A stretch of DNA of 30,913 bases from Lysobacterales bacterium (lineage in GTDB: Bacteria; Pseudomonadota; Gammaproteobacteria; Xanthomonadales; SZUA-5). Below, in pieces: positions 8,054 to 17,413 of this stretch; position 1 is the stretch's first letter; the number at the start of each line of letters is the position of its first letter. Position numbers and translations under genes: made by a program. The stretch lies in the NCBI GenBank assembly GCA_022844165.1, contig JALHMH010000046.1:1-30913 (forward strand), given 5' to 3'. The notes under the pieces were generated by a model. It was not told where the DNA came from and did not search any database. It saw only the letters and a list, made by a program, of their open reading frames with translations.

Positions 8054-8277
8054 GCAAGGCAGGCTTCTGTTTTCAGTGCAAAGACTATAGCGAGCCTGGG
8101 CTGAGTTCTTGCTATGACGACCAAAGGGTCTCCAATCTCTGACCAATGAGCGCCCAACCCGTTGTTGAGGAACGCACTTCCTGTGCGTTTCTCAAGTCGC
8201 GAGTCCGGCGCATGTCCGGTTTCTCAACAGCCTGCCAACCAGCCTATAGTTGCACGCAATCGACCATCCGATGAGCA

Positions 8278-10776
8278 ATGTCCGTCAACGCCGAACATAC
8301 CAGCGCCTATCCCAAGCCACACACGCTGCTCGAAGATTGGGCGCAAATCGCCAGCAGCGCCGACTGGGAACCGGGGCAGCAGCTCGGACCCTACGTGCTC
8401 AAGCAGCGCTTGGGCAAAGGCGGCATGGGCGTGGTCTGGCTGGCCGAGCAACTCACCCCGCTGAAGCGCTATGTCGCGATCAAGCTGATGGCGCACGAAC
8501 AGCGTTCGGCGGTCGCCGAGGCCTATTTCGAGATTGAGCGACAAGCGCTCGCGCAGTTGTCTCATCGCGCGATCGCACAAATCTACGATGCTGGGCGGCT
8601 GCCCGATGGGGCGCTTTTCTTTGCGATGGAGTACGTGCCTGGCGCGCCGCTGGACCAATTTCAACGCGAACACCCACTTAAGTACTCACAACTCGCCAGG
8701 TTGTTCGTCCAAATCGCCTCCGGCGTGCAGCACGCGCACCAGCGTGGGTTGATCCACCGCGATCTGAAGCCGCTCAATGTGCTGGTGCATGTCGCAGACG
8801 GCGAGGCACTGCCCAAGATCATCGATTTTGGTATCGCCATGGGTTCTACGCCCGGCGCCGCCATGAAGATTGACCAGTCGCGCTCGGTAGGTACACCGGC
8901 GTACATGTCGCCCGAACAAAAGCGCCCCAACGATCTGGGGATCGATGCCCGTACCGACATCTATGCGCTTGGGATGATGCTCGCCGAGGCACTGGCGCGA
9001 TGTGGCAACCTCAAGACCGAGAGCGGCGCCATCGACAGCACGGTATTTCGAAACGCGGTGCAAAAACGCTTGAGCCGCGGTCTCGAACGCGGCATCGATT
9101 CGGAGTTTCTCGACAAGGCGCTCGTCTCGGCACCCAAAGAGCTGCTCGCGGTGGCCGCCAAGGCACTATCGCCCGAGCGCGACGAACGCTACGAGAGCGC
9201 CGCCAGTTTCGCCGACGATTTGGGCCGTTGGTTGCAACGCCGTCCGGTACTCGCTTATAGCCAATCGCCCGGCTACTCTTTTTGGTGCCTGGTGCGCCGC
9301 AACCGCATCGCCAGCGTCGCGGCGACACTGATCGTGCTGGCGATTGCCAGCGGCACACTGCTGGCGCTGCACGGTATGCGCCAGGCGCAGGCCGCCCAGA
9401 CACTCGCCGAACAGCGGCGCAACGATGCTGAGCGATTGATTCAATACATGCTTGGGGATTTCGCGGACAAGTTGCGGCCGATTGGGCGTTTGGATTTACT
9501 GGATGGCGTCAGTAACGAGGCGCTCAGGTACCTTGGCGCAACTGTATCGATTGACGAAGCAAGCGGACTAGTCAGAGCCCGCGCGCTGCGAACACTGGGC
9601 GAAGTTCAGGTGACTCGCCAGCAGTTTCCGCTCGCAAATGAGACGCTAACGACTGCCGCGAAGGTGTTGGTCCGTTGGGAAGAGGCTGCGCAGAATGACG
9701 ATTTGCTGCTCGAATCTGGAACCATTTCGTACTGGCGAGGGATGATCGCTTTTAGGCAAGATGACTTCCCCTCTGCAGAGCGCCACTGGCGACACTATCT
9801 GGCGGCTGCCCTAACATATTCGCAGCGCGCGCCCAATGACGCAAAGCGGCAACTCGAAGTCGCGTACGCGAACTCAAATCTGGGGACGTTGGCGCGGTCG
9901 ACGGGAGACTTCCAGAATGCCCGGCGTTTCTTTGCGGAAGCATTGAATCGGATGCGCGCTGTGTCGCAAGCGGGGATCGACGTCGCCAGCGACATCGCAA
10001 ATACCCAGGCATGGTTGGCGGACGTATATCTGGAATTGGGCGACGAAGTGTCGGCATGGACCACAACGAATGCAGCTTTGCAGTTGGTTGGCGATTCCGA
10101 ACCGCAAAACGCCATCGAACGCCAGATGGCGATAAACTTCAGAACGGCGTTGGGCCTGCAAGCAGTCGATCTTGGACTGGTCGATATTGCGCGCGCGCAA
10201 CTGACGCAAGCGTTGCAGCTTTCCGAGGTCGACATCGAGAACGATCAAACGCAGCCTCGTCGGCTTGCGATTCATGCAAGAATTTTGATCGAACTTTCCC
10301 GACTGCCAGGCGCCAATTTCGAAGCGCTCATGGCGCGTGCTGAACGCATCGCGGGCGAACCGATCTTGAATCAGCTGACCGCGAGTGAGCTCGCTGAAAC
10401 CAAGGCACTCTCTGTTGTCGCTCGTGCCGAACGTGGTGGTGATGCTCTGCCAACGATCGAAGAGATGCGCGCCTCAATAGAGTCGTTACTCAATGGAGGG
10501 GAATGGTCAAGCATTCGCCTCGCACGGCTCTACCAATGCATGGCAGCTTTGGCGCGGGTATATCCGAAGGAAATGCAGAGTCACCACGCAGCACTGGAGA
10601 AGCTCGCCGCCGAAGAAGCAGTGGAAAGCCGCCCGATGCTCCGCTTAAGGCTTGCGCGCCTTCGCGTAATGCGCGAGATTGGTCCCGCTGATCTCGCCAT
10701 GGCGTTAGATCGGCAGATCAGAGAAACCAGAGTACGTTTTTCTAACACAACTTCAGGGGGACCAAATGAGCATTGA
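8278..10776 (+). CDS. Hanks-type Ser/Thr protein kinase with a TM helix and C-terminal TPR-like helical region
   Basis: LGKGGMGVV, VAIK, HRDLKPLN, DFG, GTPAYMSPEQ, TDIYALG; TM IASVAATLIVLAIASGTLLAL; TPR-like repeats (AYANSNLGTLARSTGDFQNARRFFAEAL). Confidence 0.92.
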   Translation: MSVNAEHTSAYPKPHTLLEDWAQIASSADWEPGQQLGPYVLKQRLGKGGMGVVWLAEQLTPLKRYVAIKLMAHEQRSAVAEAYFEIERQALAQLSHRAIAQIYDAGRLPDGALFFAMEYVPGAPLDQFQREHPLKYSQLARLFVQIASGVQHAHQRGLIHRDLKPLNVLVHVADGEALPKIIDFGIAMGSTPGAAMKIDQSRSVGTPAYMSPEQKRPNDLGIDARTDIYALGMMLAEALARCGNLKTESGAIDSTVFRNAVQKRLSRGLERGIDSEFLDKALVSAPKELLAVAAKALSPERDERYESAASFADDLGRWLQRRPVLAYSQSPGYSFWCLVRRNRIASVAATLIVLAIASGTLLALHGMRQAQAAQTLAEQRRNDAERLIQYMLGDFADKLRPIGRLDLLDGVSNEALRYLGATVSIDEASGLVRARALRTLGEVQVTRQQFPLANETLTTAAKVLVRWEEAAQNDDLLLESGTISYWRGMIAFRQDDFPSAERHWRHYLAAALTYSQRAPNDAKRQLEVAYANSNLGTLARSTGDFQNARRFFAEALNRMRAVSQAGIDVASDIANTQAWLADVYLELGDEVSAWTTTNAALQLVGDSEPQNAIERQMAINFRTALGLQAVDLGLVDIARAQLTQALQLSEVDIENDQTQPRRLAIHARILIELSRLPGANFEALMARAERIAGEPILNQLTASELAETKALSVVARAERGGDALPTIEEMRASIESLLNGGEWSSIRLARLYQCMAALARVYPKEMQSHHAALEKLAAEEAVESRPMLRLRLARLRVMREIGPADLAMALDRQIRETRVRFSNTTSGGPNEH

Positions 10777-11125
10777 TATTACGACCAACGTGAGCGTGAC
10801 GATCACCGGTACGTACCCAGACTACGTGGTCACATTCAGTGATCAGGGCACAGAAAGTGTGCCGCAGAACACGACCAAAGCCATCGTGTACAGTTTCGCT
10901 CAGGGCACAACTGGTTTCAGCTTCGTCGAAGTCGTCGACATCGAGAAGGATCCCGAAAAGTCGTCTGATAGCATTAGTGTGTCTGGATCCGGCCAAAGTT
11001 TGACGGTTACTGCATCAAACACTGACGTCGGCGCCGCAAGAATCGACTACCGAATCCAGTTTTCAGACTCGCAAGGTCGAAAATTCGACAGCTCAGATCC
11101 GGCTGTAGTGTTCGAACCTGAGTGA
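10766..11125 (+). CDS. Small acidic beta-rich protein, DP-EP (DUF1888)-like
   Basis: GGGGG/AGG-type RBS, 11-bp overlap with the kinase 3' end, 119 aa of alternating beta-strand pattern, C-terminus SSDPAVVFEPE with the terminal DP motif. Family call is by recognition only. Confidence 0.6.
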   Translation: MSIDITTNVSVTITGTYPDYVVTFSDQGTESVPQNTTKAIVYSFAQGTTGFSFVEVVDIEKDPEKSSDSISVSGSGQSLTVTASNTDVGAARIDYRIQFSDSQGRKFDSSDPAVVFEPE

Positions 11126-11180
11126 GCTGAGGCAGGATTACGAAGGCGAACCCGAATGAGCCCTTGATCCAGCCTTAGCT
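11125..11180. terminator. Long imperfect hairpin between convergent genes (possible terminator)
   Basis: AGCTGAGGCaGGAT...ATCCaGCCTTAGCT arms; no U-tract. Confidence 0.35.
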
Positions 11181-11193
11181 GGCCCTGGAGCGA

Positions 11194-12135
11194 TCACCAG
11201 AACGCACCCTGCACCCGTTGCCGTACATAACCACCGGCCGGGGTGCGTTGGATCAGGCTGTAGAAGCGAAAATCCCGATCGCCGAGTCGAACATCAGCGC
11301 GGGCGACGAAGAAATCCGATGAGACTTTCAGGTCTTGCATCGACGCCGGATCCATCACCACACCGGCTTGGGTGATGGCATCGACGATGTCAGCGATATT
11401 GCGGTATTGCGCTCGGCCATTGGACCAAAGGCGTTTGGCGAGTTCTTCGCTGATCCCATCGGCAAGGCTCATGAATCCGGCAACGCTGGCGGTATTGACG
11501 TTGAATCCGGTTTCTGGCGGCAGCGCGGCCACCTCTGGCGCCAGACGCGCGTAGATCTTGTCGTCGATCCCCTTTAGTTTGCGCAGCTCGGAGACATGCG
11601 CGAAGGCGCGATTGGCGGCTCGATAAGGCGGGTCAGCGCGCAGATACTCCAAATCTTCGGCGCCCTGCCCCTGCGCTTGCGCATCCGCGTCGATCCAGTC
11701 TGCTGCCACGTCCGACAACGCGGTGTCCAATTCGAGCGCGGCCAAGAGTCGCGCGAATCGCGCCATCGCCACAGGATCGCGCTCGCCGTTGCGCAGCAGC
11801 GAATTGAGGTTGAAACGGCCATCCAGGTCCTCAAGCTTGCCGGCGATCACACCGCCTGGCACGGGCAGCGGCGGCAGCGTGCTCGCCCAGGCATCGCTGC
11901 GCGTATCAATGCCATCGCCCGATTCCGCGTCGCGCCAGAGCAGCACAATCGCCCAGTCTTCCATCCCCTTGGCCAGATGCGCAGCATCCGCCAGGCGCGC
12001 CTGGGATTCGGTGCGCGCCATGCTCGATGTGCTCACTGTGAATATCCGCACCGCAATCATGGTGGCGAGCGCGACCACCAGCAGTGCCAGCAGCAGCGCG
12101 GCGCCGCGTTGCGATTGCCTCCCCGAGCGCTTCAC
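11194..12135 (-). CDS. gspK: Type II secretion minor pseudopilin K
   Basis: QRG|AALLLALLVVA prepilin N-terminus lacking Glu5, DLDGRFNLNSL, DWIDAD, GAEDLEY, PYRAAN, NVNTAS. Confidence 0.93.
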   Translation of the reverse strand: MKRSGRQSQRGAALLLALLVVALATMIAVRIFTVSTSSMARTESQARLADAAHLAKGMEDWAIVLLWRDAESGDGIDTRSDAWASTLPPLPVPGGVIAGKLEDLDGRFNLNSLLRNGERDPVAMARFARLLAALELDTALSDVAADWIDADAQAQGQGAEDLEYLRADPPYRAANRAFAHVSELRKLKGIDDKIYARLAPEVAALPPETGFNVNTASVAGFMSLADGISEELAKRLWSNGRAQYRNIADIVDAITQAGVVMDPASMQDLKVSSDFFVARADVRLGDRDFRFYSLIQRTPAGGYVRQRVQGAFW

Positions 12136-12728
12136 GGACGCGTCTCGGGCAGTTCGATGAGCCTGACAATGTCACCCAGATCGCTCAGGACCAGACGGAT
12201 CTCCACCGCTCTGGGCAAACGCTCGCTCGGCAAACGGCCCAATCGCGGTGGCCATTGGTCGATACGTTCCACTCCGTTTTCGATATACCGCCAACTGACC
12301 CGCTCGACATCGTCGAGCACCACGCGTACCGCTGCGGTATCGCGCGGCGAGCGGTCGATCACGGAGTCAACACGACGACGCCATTGTCTGCCGACCAGCG
12401 AATAGTTGATCCGTTGCAGTTGCGGACCCACAGTACCATTGATCGCGACCAGATCCATCGATGTCCATTCGATACTCTGGTCGCCGCCGACCATCGCTGG
12501 CAGATCTTCTCCATATGGCCCACGCGCCGGTCGTGCCAATGCCTGGCTCAAATCGCGCTCCAGGCGCAGCAGTGTCAGTTCGATGGCACGCTGCCGCCCT
12601 GCCGCGACCTCAATGCCCTCCTGATTCCGCGCCATCGCAGCGAGCCCCTGATAGGACATCACGGCAACCACTGAAAAAACGCCCAAGGCGACCAACAGCT
12701 CGATCAAAGTAAATCCACGCTGCCTCAC
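12132..12728 (-). CDS. gspJ: Type II secretion minor pseudopilin J
   Basis: QRG|FTLIELLVAL, LERDLSQA..RP.R, QWPP, LPRAVEI. Confidence 0.92.
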   Translation of the reverse strand: MRQRGFTLIELLVALGVFSVVAVMSYQGLAAMARNQEGIEVAAGRQRAIELTLLRLERDLSQALARPARGPYGEDLPAMVGGDQSIEWTSMDLVAINGTVGPQLQRINYSLVGRQWRRRVDSVIDRSPRDTAAVRVVLDDVERVSWRYIENGVERIDQWPPRLGRLPSERLPRAVEIRLVLSDLGDIVRLIELPETRP

Positions 12729-13111
12729 GGCGACCTCGATCGTGCGCCAGCGAAACCAGAAACGGTCACAATCGGTGCGGCAACAGAGACATCCGCATCG
12801 GCCGGAAAAACACTGGCATCAAGGCGGCGCATATCGCCGTCGGGCGTGTCGCTCACGCGCAGCCGCCAGCGCCACGAACGCCCGGCCATGCGGACTTCAC
12901 CATCACGTTCGCCCAACTGCGGCCAGCGTTCACCCAGGCGCGTTTCGGCAATGACATTTGCCGCCACATATCGCGCCAACACCAGGTCCTGACGTTGGCC
13001 GAGCCCACGAGCGTACTGGCCCGTGGCCATCACGGCGGCCGATAAGGCGATCGCCAACACAGCCAGTGCAACGAGCACCTCAATCAGGGTAAAACCGCGG
13101 TTGCCTGCCAT
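12725..13111 (-). CDS. gspI: Type II secretion minor pseudopilin I
   Basis: RG|FTLIEVLVALAVLA, MAGRSWRW, TPDGDMRRLD. Start set to the ATG at 13111. Confidence 0.92.
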   Translation of the reverse strand: MAGNRGFTLIEVLVALAVLAIALSAAVMATGQYARGLGQRQDLVLARYVAANVIAETRLGERWPQLGERDGEVRMAGRSWRWRLRVSDTPDGDMRRLDASVFPADADVSVAAPIVTVSGFAGARSRSP

Positions 13112-13554
13112 TGACCTCGCTCGTTCAAATCGATGCGCCACTGCCCGTCCGCACTGGCCACACGCATGTCGAAATCTGCGCTGTCGCCCGCAGGCGAACA
13201 AATCCACTGCGGTTCAGCTGGCAAATTGCGTTCCAAAACCGTATCGCCGCGCTGCAACACAAAGCCCTTCGGCAGTTGACGTGCGGCGAGCGGTCCAGCA
13301 TGGCCCACCGGCTCCCAACCGTTTGCGCCAAATCGGAAGCCCACATATGCACGCTCAGCGAAGCCGAGTCCGAAGAACCCTGCTTCGATCGTTGCTCGAT
13401 CGCACACAAGTTCAGCAATCGCACGCAAGCGCTGTGCTTCGTTTTCCAGTTGCCGGGAAGTACCCGCAGCGGCACTCAGAACGACGCTCGCAGCGATGAT
13501 GGCGATCAATGCGACCACGACTAAAGTCTCCAGCAGCGTGAAGCCGCGGTGCAT
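13084..13554 (-). CDS. gspH: Type II secretion minor pseudopilin H
   Basis: RG|FTLLETLVVVALIAI, LENEAQRL, position between gspG and gspI. Confidence 0.85.
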   Translation of the reverse strand: MHRGFTLLETLVVVALIAIIAASVVLSAAAGTSRQLENEAQRLRAIAELVCDRATIEAGFFGLGFAERAYVGFRFGANGWEPVGHAGPLAARQLPKGFVLQRGDTVLERNLPAEPQWICSPAGDSADFDMRVASADGQWRIDLNERGQWQATAVLP

Positions 13555-13964
13555 CACCAATTGCCGATGTCGGCGTTTTCGCCTTCGCCGCCAACCTTGC
13601 CGTCCGCGCCGAGCGAAAAAACATCGTAACGACCGCGTTGCCCTGGGCTGAGATATTGGTACGGCCGGTTCCAGGGATCGGGCGGGAGCTTTTGCACGTA
13701 TGGTTTCCAATTCGGCGCCGCAGGTTCGCCACCCGGGCGCGTCACCAGCGCCTCCAGCCCTTGTTGCGTCGAAGGGTATTGAATGTTGTCGAGTTTGTAC
13801 ATTTCGAGCGCACTGACTAACGCCGCAACATCCTGTTTAGCCCGCGATACGCGCGCCTTACCTGGCTCGTCCGCAAGATTGACAATGACCACAGTCGACA
13901 AGATCGCGATGATTGCGACCACCACCATGATCTCAAGCAAGGTAAAGCCCATCTGGCGACGCAT
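13554..13964 (-). CDS. gspG: Type II secretion major pseudopilin G
   Basis: G|FTLLEIMVVVAII, ALEMYKLDN..YPSTQQGLEALV, LPPDPWNRPYQY, SLGADG...GEGENADIGNW; GAGGA RBS. Confidence 0.96.
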   Translation of the reverse strand: MRRQMGFTLLEIMVVVAIIAILSTVVIVNLADEPGKARVSRAKQDVAALVSALEMYKLDNIQYPSTQQGLEALVTRPGGEPAAPNWKPYVQKLPPDPWNRPYQYLSPGQRGRYDVFSLGADGKVGGEGENADIGNW

Positions 13965-14050
13965 AGAAAGTCCTCTGCAGCGAACCCATCGATCATAACC
14001 GGAGTGCACAATGGTGCCATGCAGATTCACACGGAAAACCCCAGGATCGA

Positions 14051-14863
14051 TCAGCGGAGTACGCGCACCGGATTGCTGTAAACGTTGCAGCCACGTGCAC
14101 TCAAAAAGCCGATCAGAGTGATGCCCGCCGCCTCGGCCAGTTGGATCGCCATACTCGATGGAGCGCCGATCGCCGCCACGACCGGAACGCGGGCGCGGGC
14201 GGCCTTTTGCAGGAGTTCGAAACTGGCACGGCCAGACAACAGCAAGATACGTCCAGACCAGGGCAGTCGATCGGACAACAACGCATAGCCGAGCAATTTG
14301 TCGAGCGCGTTGTGGCGACCAACGTCCTCACGCACGGCCAACAAGCCGCCATCCGCATCAAAAAGTGCGCACGCATGCGTGCCACCGGTGGTGGCAAAGC
14401 CCGCTTGCGCTTGACGCAGAGCAGACGGCAAGGACCGCAGAATTTCCCAGCGCACGTGCGGGCCATCGGCCAACCGTGCTTCGCTGCCTGTTAGCGCCAA
14501 TGACGCCATTGACTTGCCGCAGGCGCCGCAGGCGCTGCTGATCGTACCAACCCGCTGCAGCCGGGCGAAATCTGGCAGCGGCCCGGCGATCTCAATGCGC
14601 ACAGATTCGCCGTTGTTGCATGGCGCCAGCGCCGCGATGTCCGCTCGTGACTCGACAATGCTCTCGGCGTACAAATAGCCGGCCGCCAGCTCCAGATCCT
14701 GTCCCGGCGTGCGCATGGTTGTCGCCAGTACCCGAGGCTCAACGCCGCGAGCTGCGAGTCTGAGTTCCAGTGCGGCCTCAACTGCAACCCAGTCCGCGAC
14801 GCGGTGTTGTTCGGCCTCGGTCAACCGATCGACAGGCACTTCGCGGCGCGAGCGCTCAAGCAT
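14051..14863 (-). CDS. fdhD: Formate dehydrogenase accessory sulfurtransferase
   Basis: TMRTPGQDLELAAGYL, SSACGACG, TGGTHAC, REDVGRHNALDKL, SGRASFEL, GAPSS. Start set to the ATG at 14863. Confidence 0.93.
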   Translation of the reverse strand: MLERSRREVPVDRLTEAEQHRVADWVAVEAALELRLAARGVEPRVLATTMRTPGQDLELAAGYLYAESIVESRADIAALAPCNNGESVRIEIAGPLPDFARLQRVGTISSACGACGKSMASLALTGSEARLADGPHVRWEILRSLPSALRQAQAGFATTGGTHACALFDADGGLLAVREDVGRHNALDKLLGYALLSDRLPWSGRILLLSGRASFELLQKAARARVPVVAAIGAPSSMAIQLAEAAGITLIGFLSARGCNVYSNPVRVLR

Positions 14864-14867
14864 GGCG

Positions 14868-16106
14868 TCAAGCGTCGCTGCGCAGCGCCGCAATGGGATC
14901 GAGCTCTGCGGCTTGTCGGGCGGGATAAACGCCGAACAGCAAGCCGATCGCCGCGCACAAGACCACGGAGGCGATGACTGGGAGCGGTGCCCATCCAACA
15001 TGCCAGCCGGCGAGCCAGGCAATCGCGTAGGCCAGCATCATTCCAAAGACCAGGCCCAAGAAAGCGCCGACGCCGCAGATGACGCTGGTTTCGCGCATGA
15101 ACTGTGCAATGACGTCTTGTCGACGGGCGCCGATCGCTCGCAGCAATCCGATCTCGCGGCGACGTTCAAGTACATTGGCGAGCATGATGTTCATGATGCC
15201 GATGCCGCCGACCAGCAGACTCACCGCCGCGATCGCGCCCATGACAAAGCGAAAAATGCGCTGCGTTTGCTGATGTTGTTGATACAACTGTGCCGGCACG
15301 ATCAAGCTAAAGTCATCTTGCCCGGCGTGGCGCTGATCCATCAGCGCGGCCAGCACACGCGCACCACCCTCGATACGCGACGGATCGTCGAGCTTCAGCA
15401 GAAACCTGTCGACTGGGTCTTCCATCGGCTGAAAGCGTAATCGCGCCTGCGCGGTCGACAGCGGAATAAAAATACGATTGCTGTCCAGGCCCAGTTGCAC
15501 GCCCTCGAAACGATCCGCCGAAAGGTCACGATCAGCGAGTATGCCGATCACCTCAAACCACGCATGATTTACTTTGACCCATTGGCCGAGCGGATCGACG
15601 CCAGGAAACAGTGTGCGCGCGGCCGCATGACCCAACACTGCCACGGCCGCAAATGCCGCCTCGTCTTCGGCAGTAAATGGGCGACCGCTGGCGACCACCA
15701 GATTGCTCAGATCGAAATAGTCCGCGCTGACGCCGCTGGCCTGCGCATCGCCGCTGCCAAGATCGCTGAACGCCAGAAACGTACGCACGCGCTTCTCAGC
15801 CGCATACAGCATTGCGCCCGGCACCACATCAAGCGCCGCACGCGCATCGTTGGCGCTCAGACCCGGCGAACGCGCGCGCACCTCACGCAGCGTTTCGGTG
15901 TCCAGCGTTTTCGCCTCAACGATCAGATTGTTCAGGCCCAAACCCTCGACCAATCGCAACGCTTCCTGGCGACTACCCTCGCCTACGCCAAGCATCGCGA
16001 CGATGGCGCCAACGCCGAAAATCATGCCGAGCAACGTCAACGCGGTCCGCAGGCGACGACGCCACAACTCCTCGAAGGCCTCCTTCCAAACGCGCTGGCG
16101 GATCAT
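14868..16106 (-). CDS. MacB/FtsX-family ABC transporter permease
   Basis: RTALTLLGMIFGVGAIV, periplasmic domain, SLLVGGIGIMNIMLANVLERRREIGLLRAIGA, GVYPARQAAELDPIAALR. Confidence 0.93.
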   Translation of the reverse strand: MIRQRVWKEAFEELWRRRLRTALTLLGMIFGVGAIVAMLGVGEGSRQEALRLVEGLGLNNLIVEAKTLDTETLREVRARSPGLSANDARAALDVVPGAMLYAAEKRVRTFLAFSDLGSGDAQASGVSADYFDLSNLVVASGRPFTAEDEAAFAAVAVLGHAAARTLFPGVDPLGQWVKVNHAWFEVIGILADRDLSADRFEGVQLGLDSNRIFIPLSTAQARLRFQPMEDPVDRFLLKLDDPSRIEGGARVLAALMDQRHAGQDDFSLIVPAQLYQQHQQTQRIFRFVMGAIAAVSLLVGGIGIMNIMLANVLERRREIGLLRAIGARRQDVIAQFMRETSVICGVGAFLGLVFGMMLAYAIAWLAGWHVGWAPLPVIASVVLCAAIGLLFGVYPARQAAELDPIAALRSDA

Positions 16107-17413
16107 CCTTCGCTCTTCCGATCAGGAATCAGCAGCACCAGATCGCCCTCGACCAAACCAGATTGCACCACCGACCTTGCTGTGCCCCGCGCCCCGAGCT
16201 CTACGCCGACACGTTCGACGTTGTCGCCGCGAAACACATCGACCATGGTGGTTTGGCCATCTACGATCAAAGCGACATTGGGTACCGAGAGCACGTCTTG
16301 GGCACGAGCGTGATACAGGCGGGCGCGCACGCCGGCTCCGGGCACCAAACCCAGACGCGCTGCGTCCTCTGCTGGCACAGGCGCTCGCATCGTGACAAAT
16401 TTGCTGGTATCTCCACGGCTACGAACTTGCGCCGCCTGCGAGACCTGCGAGAGCTGGGTACGGATGATCAAATCCGAGCGGCCCAACGGCGAAAGTTCGA
16501 CTTCGGCACCCACTGTCAGACCTTCAGCATCCAGCTGTGGCACGGCGAGCGTCACCTCAAGTTTGCCTGGATCCGGCAAACTACCGAACTCGCGTCCGGC
16601 CCACATACTGCTGCCGACTTGCGGCTTTTCGCCGCCCCAGTCGGACTCAAGGGCAAACACGCCATCGTTCGGCGCCCGCAGTTCCAGTGCTTTGAGATCT
16701 TCATCTCGCTGACGCACGCGAGATTGGGCACTGGCCTTGGCCGAATCGATGACGGCAACTTCAGCCGCACCGCGCGCTTCTGACTGGCCTTGTTTCCAGG
16801 TCAAAAAATTGCGCTGCACACCGAGGAATTCAGCATCCTGCACGGCATCGAGTATTTCGTTGCGCGCGAACATGTCGAGGTCCGCATCCGCATAACGTTC
16901 GGCGATGACGAGATTGGTGTCAACCTGCGCCAGGGCTGCATCCAGACGCGCACCTATCGTACTGAGCTCTCCCTGCTTCCCGGCGCGAGCCAGCAGCTGC
17001 CGCCGCACGTCGATTTCTGCCTGGGTCAATTCGAGTTCGCTTTGACTCGCACTGAAACGCGCCACGACATCGCCAGCCTTCACCCGTGTGCCATCGGGCA
17101 CCATCCAGGTCAATTGTCGACTGGCGAACTGCGGCCCCGGAACTTGCAGTAACGTCGCTGCCGTGGAACGCAACTCTCCCTGCGCCTCAACAAAGAGCTC
17201 GGCTTTGCCCGACACGACCATCTCGACAGGCAGCTGCGTCCGATCCTCGGCACATCCACCGAGAAGAAGCGGCAGACACCAGCAGGCCATAACGAGGCTT
17301 CGCCACGGACATCGGGGGGAGAGCAACGTCCGAATCGACACCTTTGCCCGGCAACTCTGCGGTAAAGGACACCGTTTTATGGCATGGTCCTGGGGGAAGG
17401 GACAACCCGACAT
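16103..17413 (-). CDS. Periplasmic adaptor / membrane fusion protein (MacA/HlyD-like), possibly a lipoprotein
   Basis: Lipoyl halves VPDGTRVKAGDVVA and LRAPNDGV, helical hairpin, VLSVPNVAL, GLVEGDLV; lipobox-like LLLGGC. Start uncertain (17413, 17341 or 17290). Confidence 0.85.
   Translation of the reverse strand: MSGCPFPQDHAIKRCPLPQSCRAKVSIRTLLSPRCPWRSLVMACWCLPLLLGGCAEDRTQLPVEMVVSGKAELFVEAQGELRSTAATLLQVPGPQFASRQLTWMVPDGTRVKAGDVVARFSASQSELELTQAEIDVRRQLLARAGKQGELSTIGARLDAALAQVDTNLVIAERYADADLDMFARNEILDAVQDAEFLGVQRNFLTWKQGQSEARGAAEVAVIDSAKASAQSRVRQRDEDLKALELRAPNDGVFALESDWGGEKPQVGSSMWAGREFGSLPDPGKLEVTLAVPQLDAEGLTVGAEVELSPLGRSDLIIRTQLSQVSQAAQVRSRGDTSKFVTMRAPVPAEDAARLGLVPGAGVRARLYHARAQDVLSVPNVALIVDGQTTMVDVFRGDNVERVGVELGARGTARSVVQSGLVEGDLVLLIPDRKSEG

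Noticed and set aside
10740-11190. Integron cassette (attC) reading of the small gene and downstream hairpin
   Set aside because: The hairpin lacks RYYYAAC...GTTRRRY ends, the gene overlaps the kinase, and no integrase is present.
14051-14863. Functional C1 cluster linking fdhD with frmA-fghA
   Set aside because: They are 8 kb apart, separated by unrelated genes, and no formate dehydrogenase gene is in the window.
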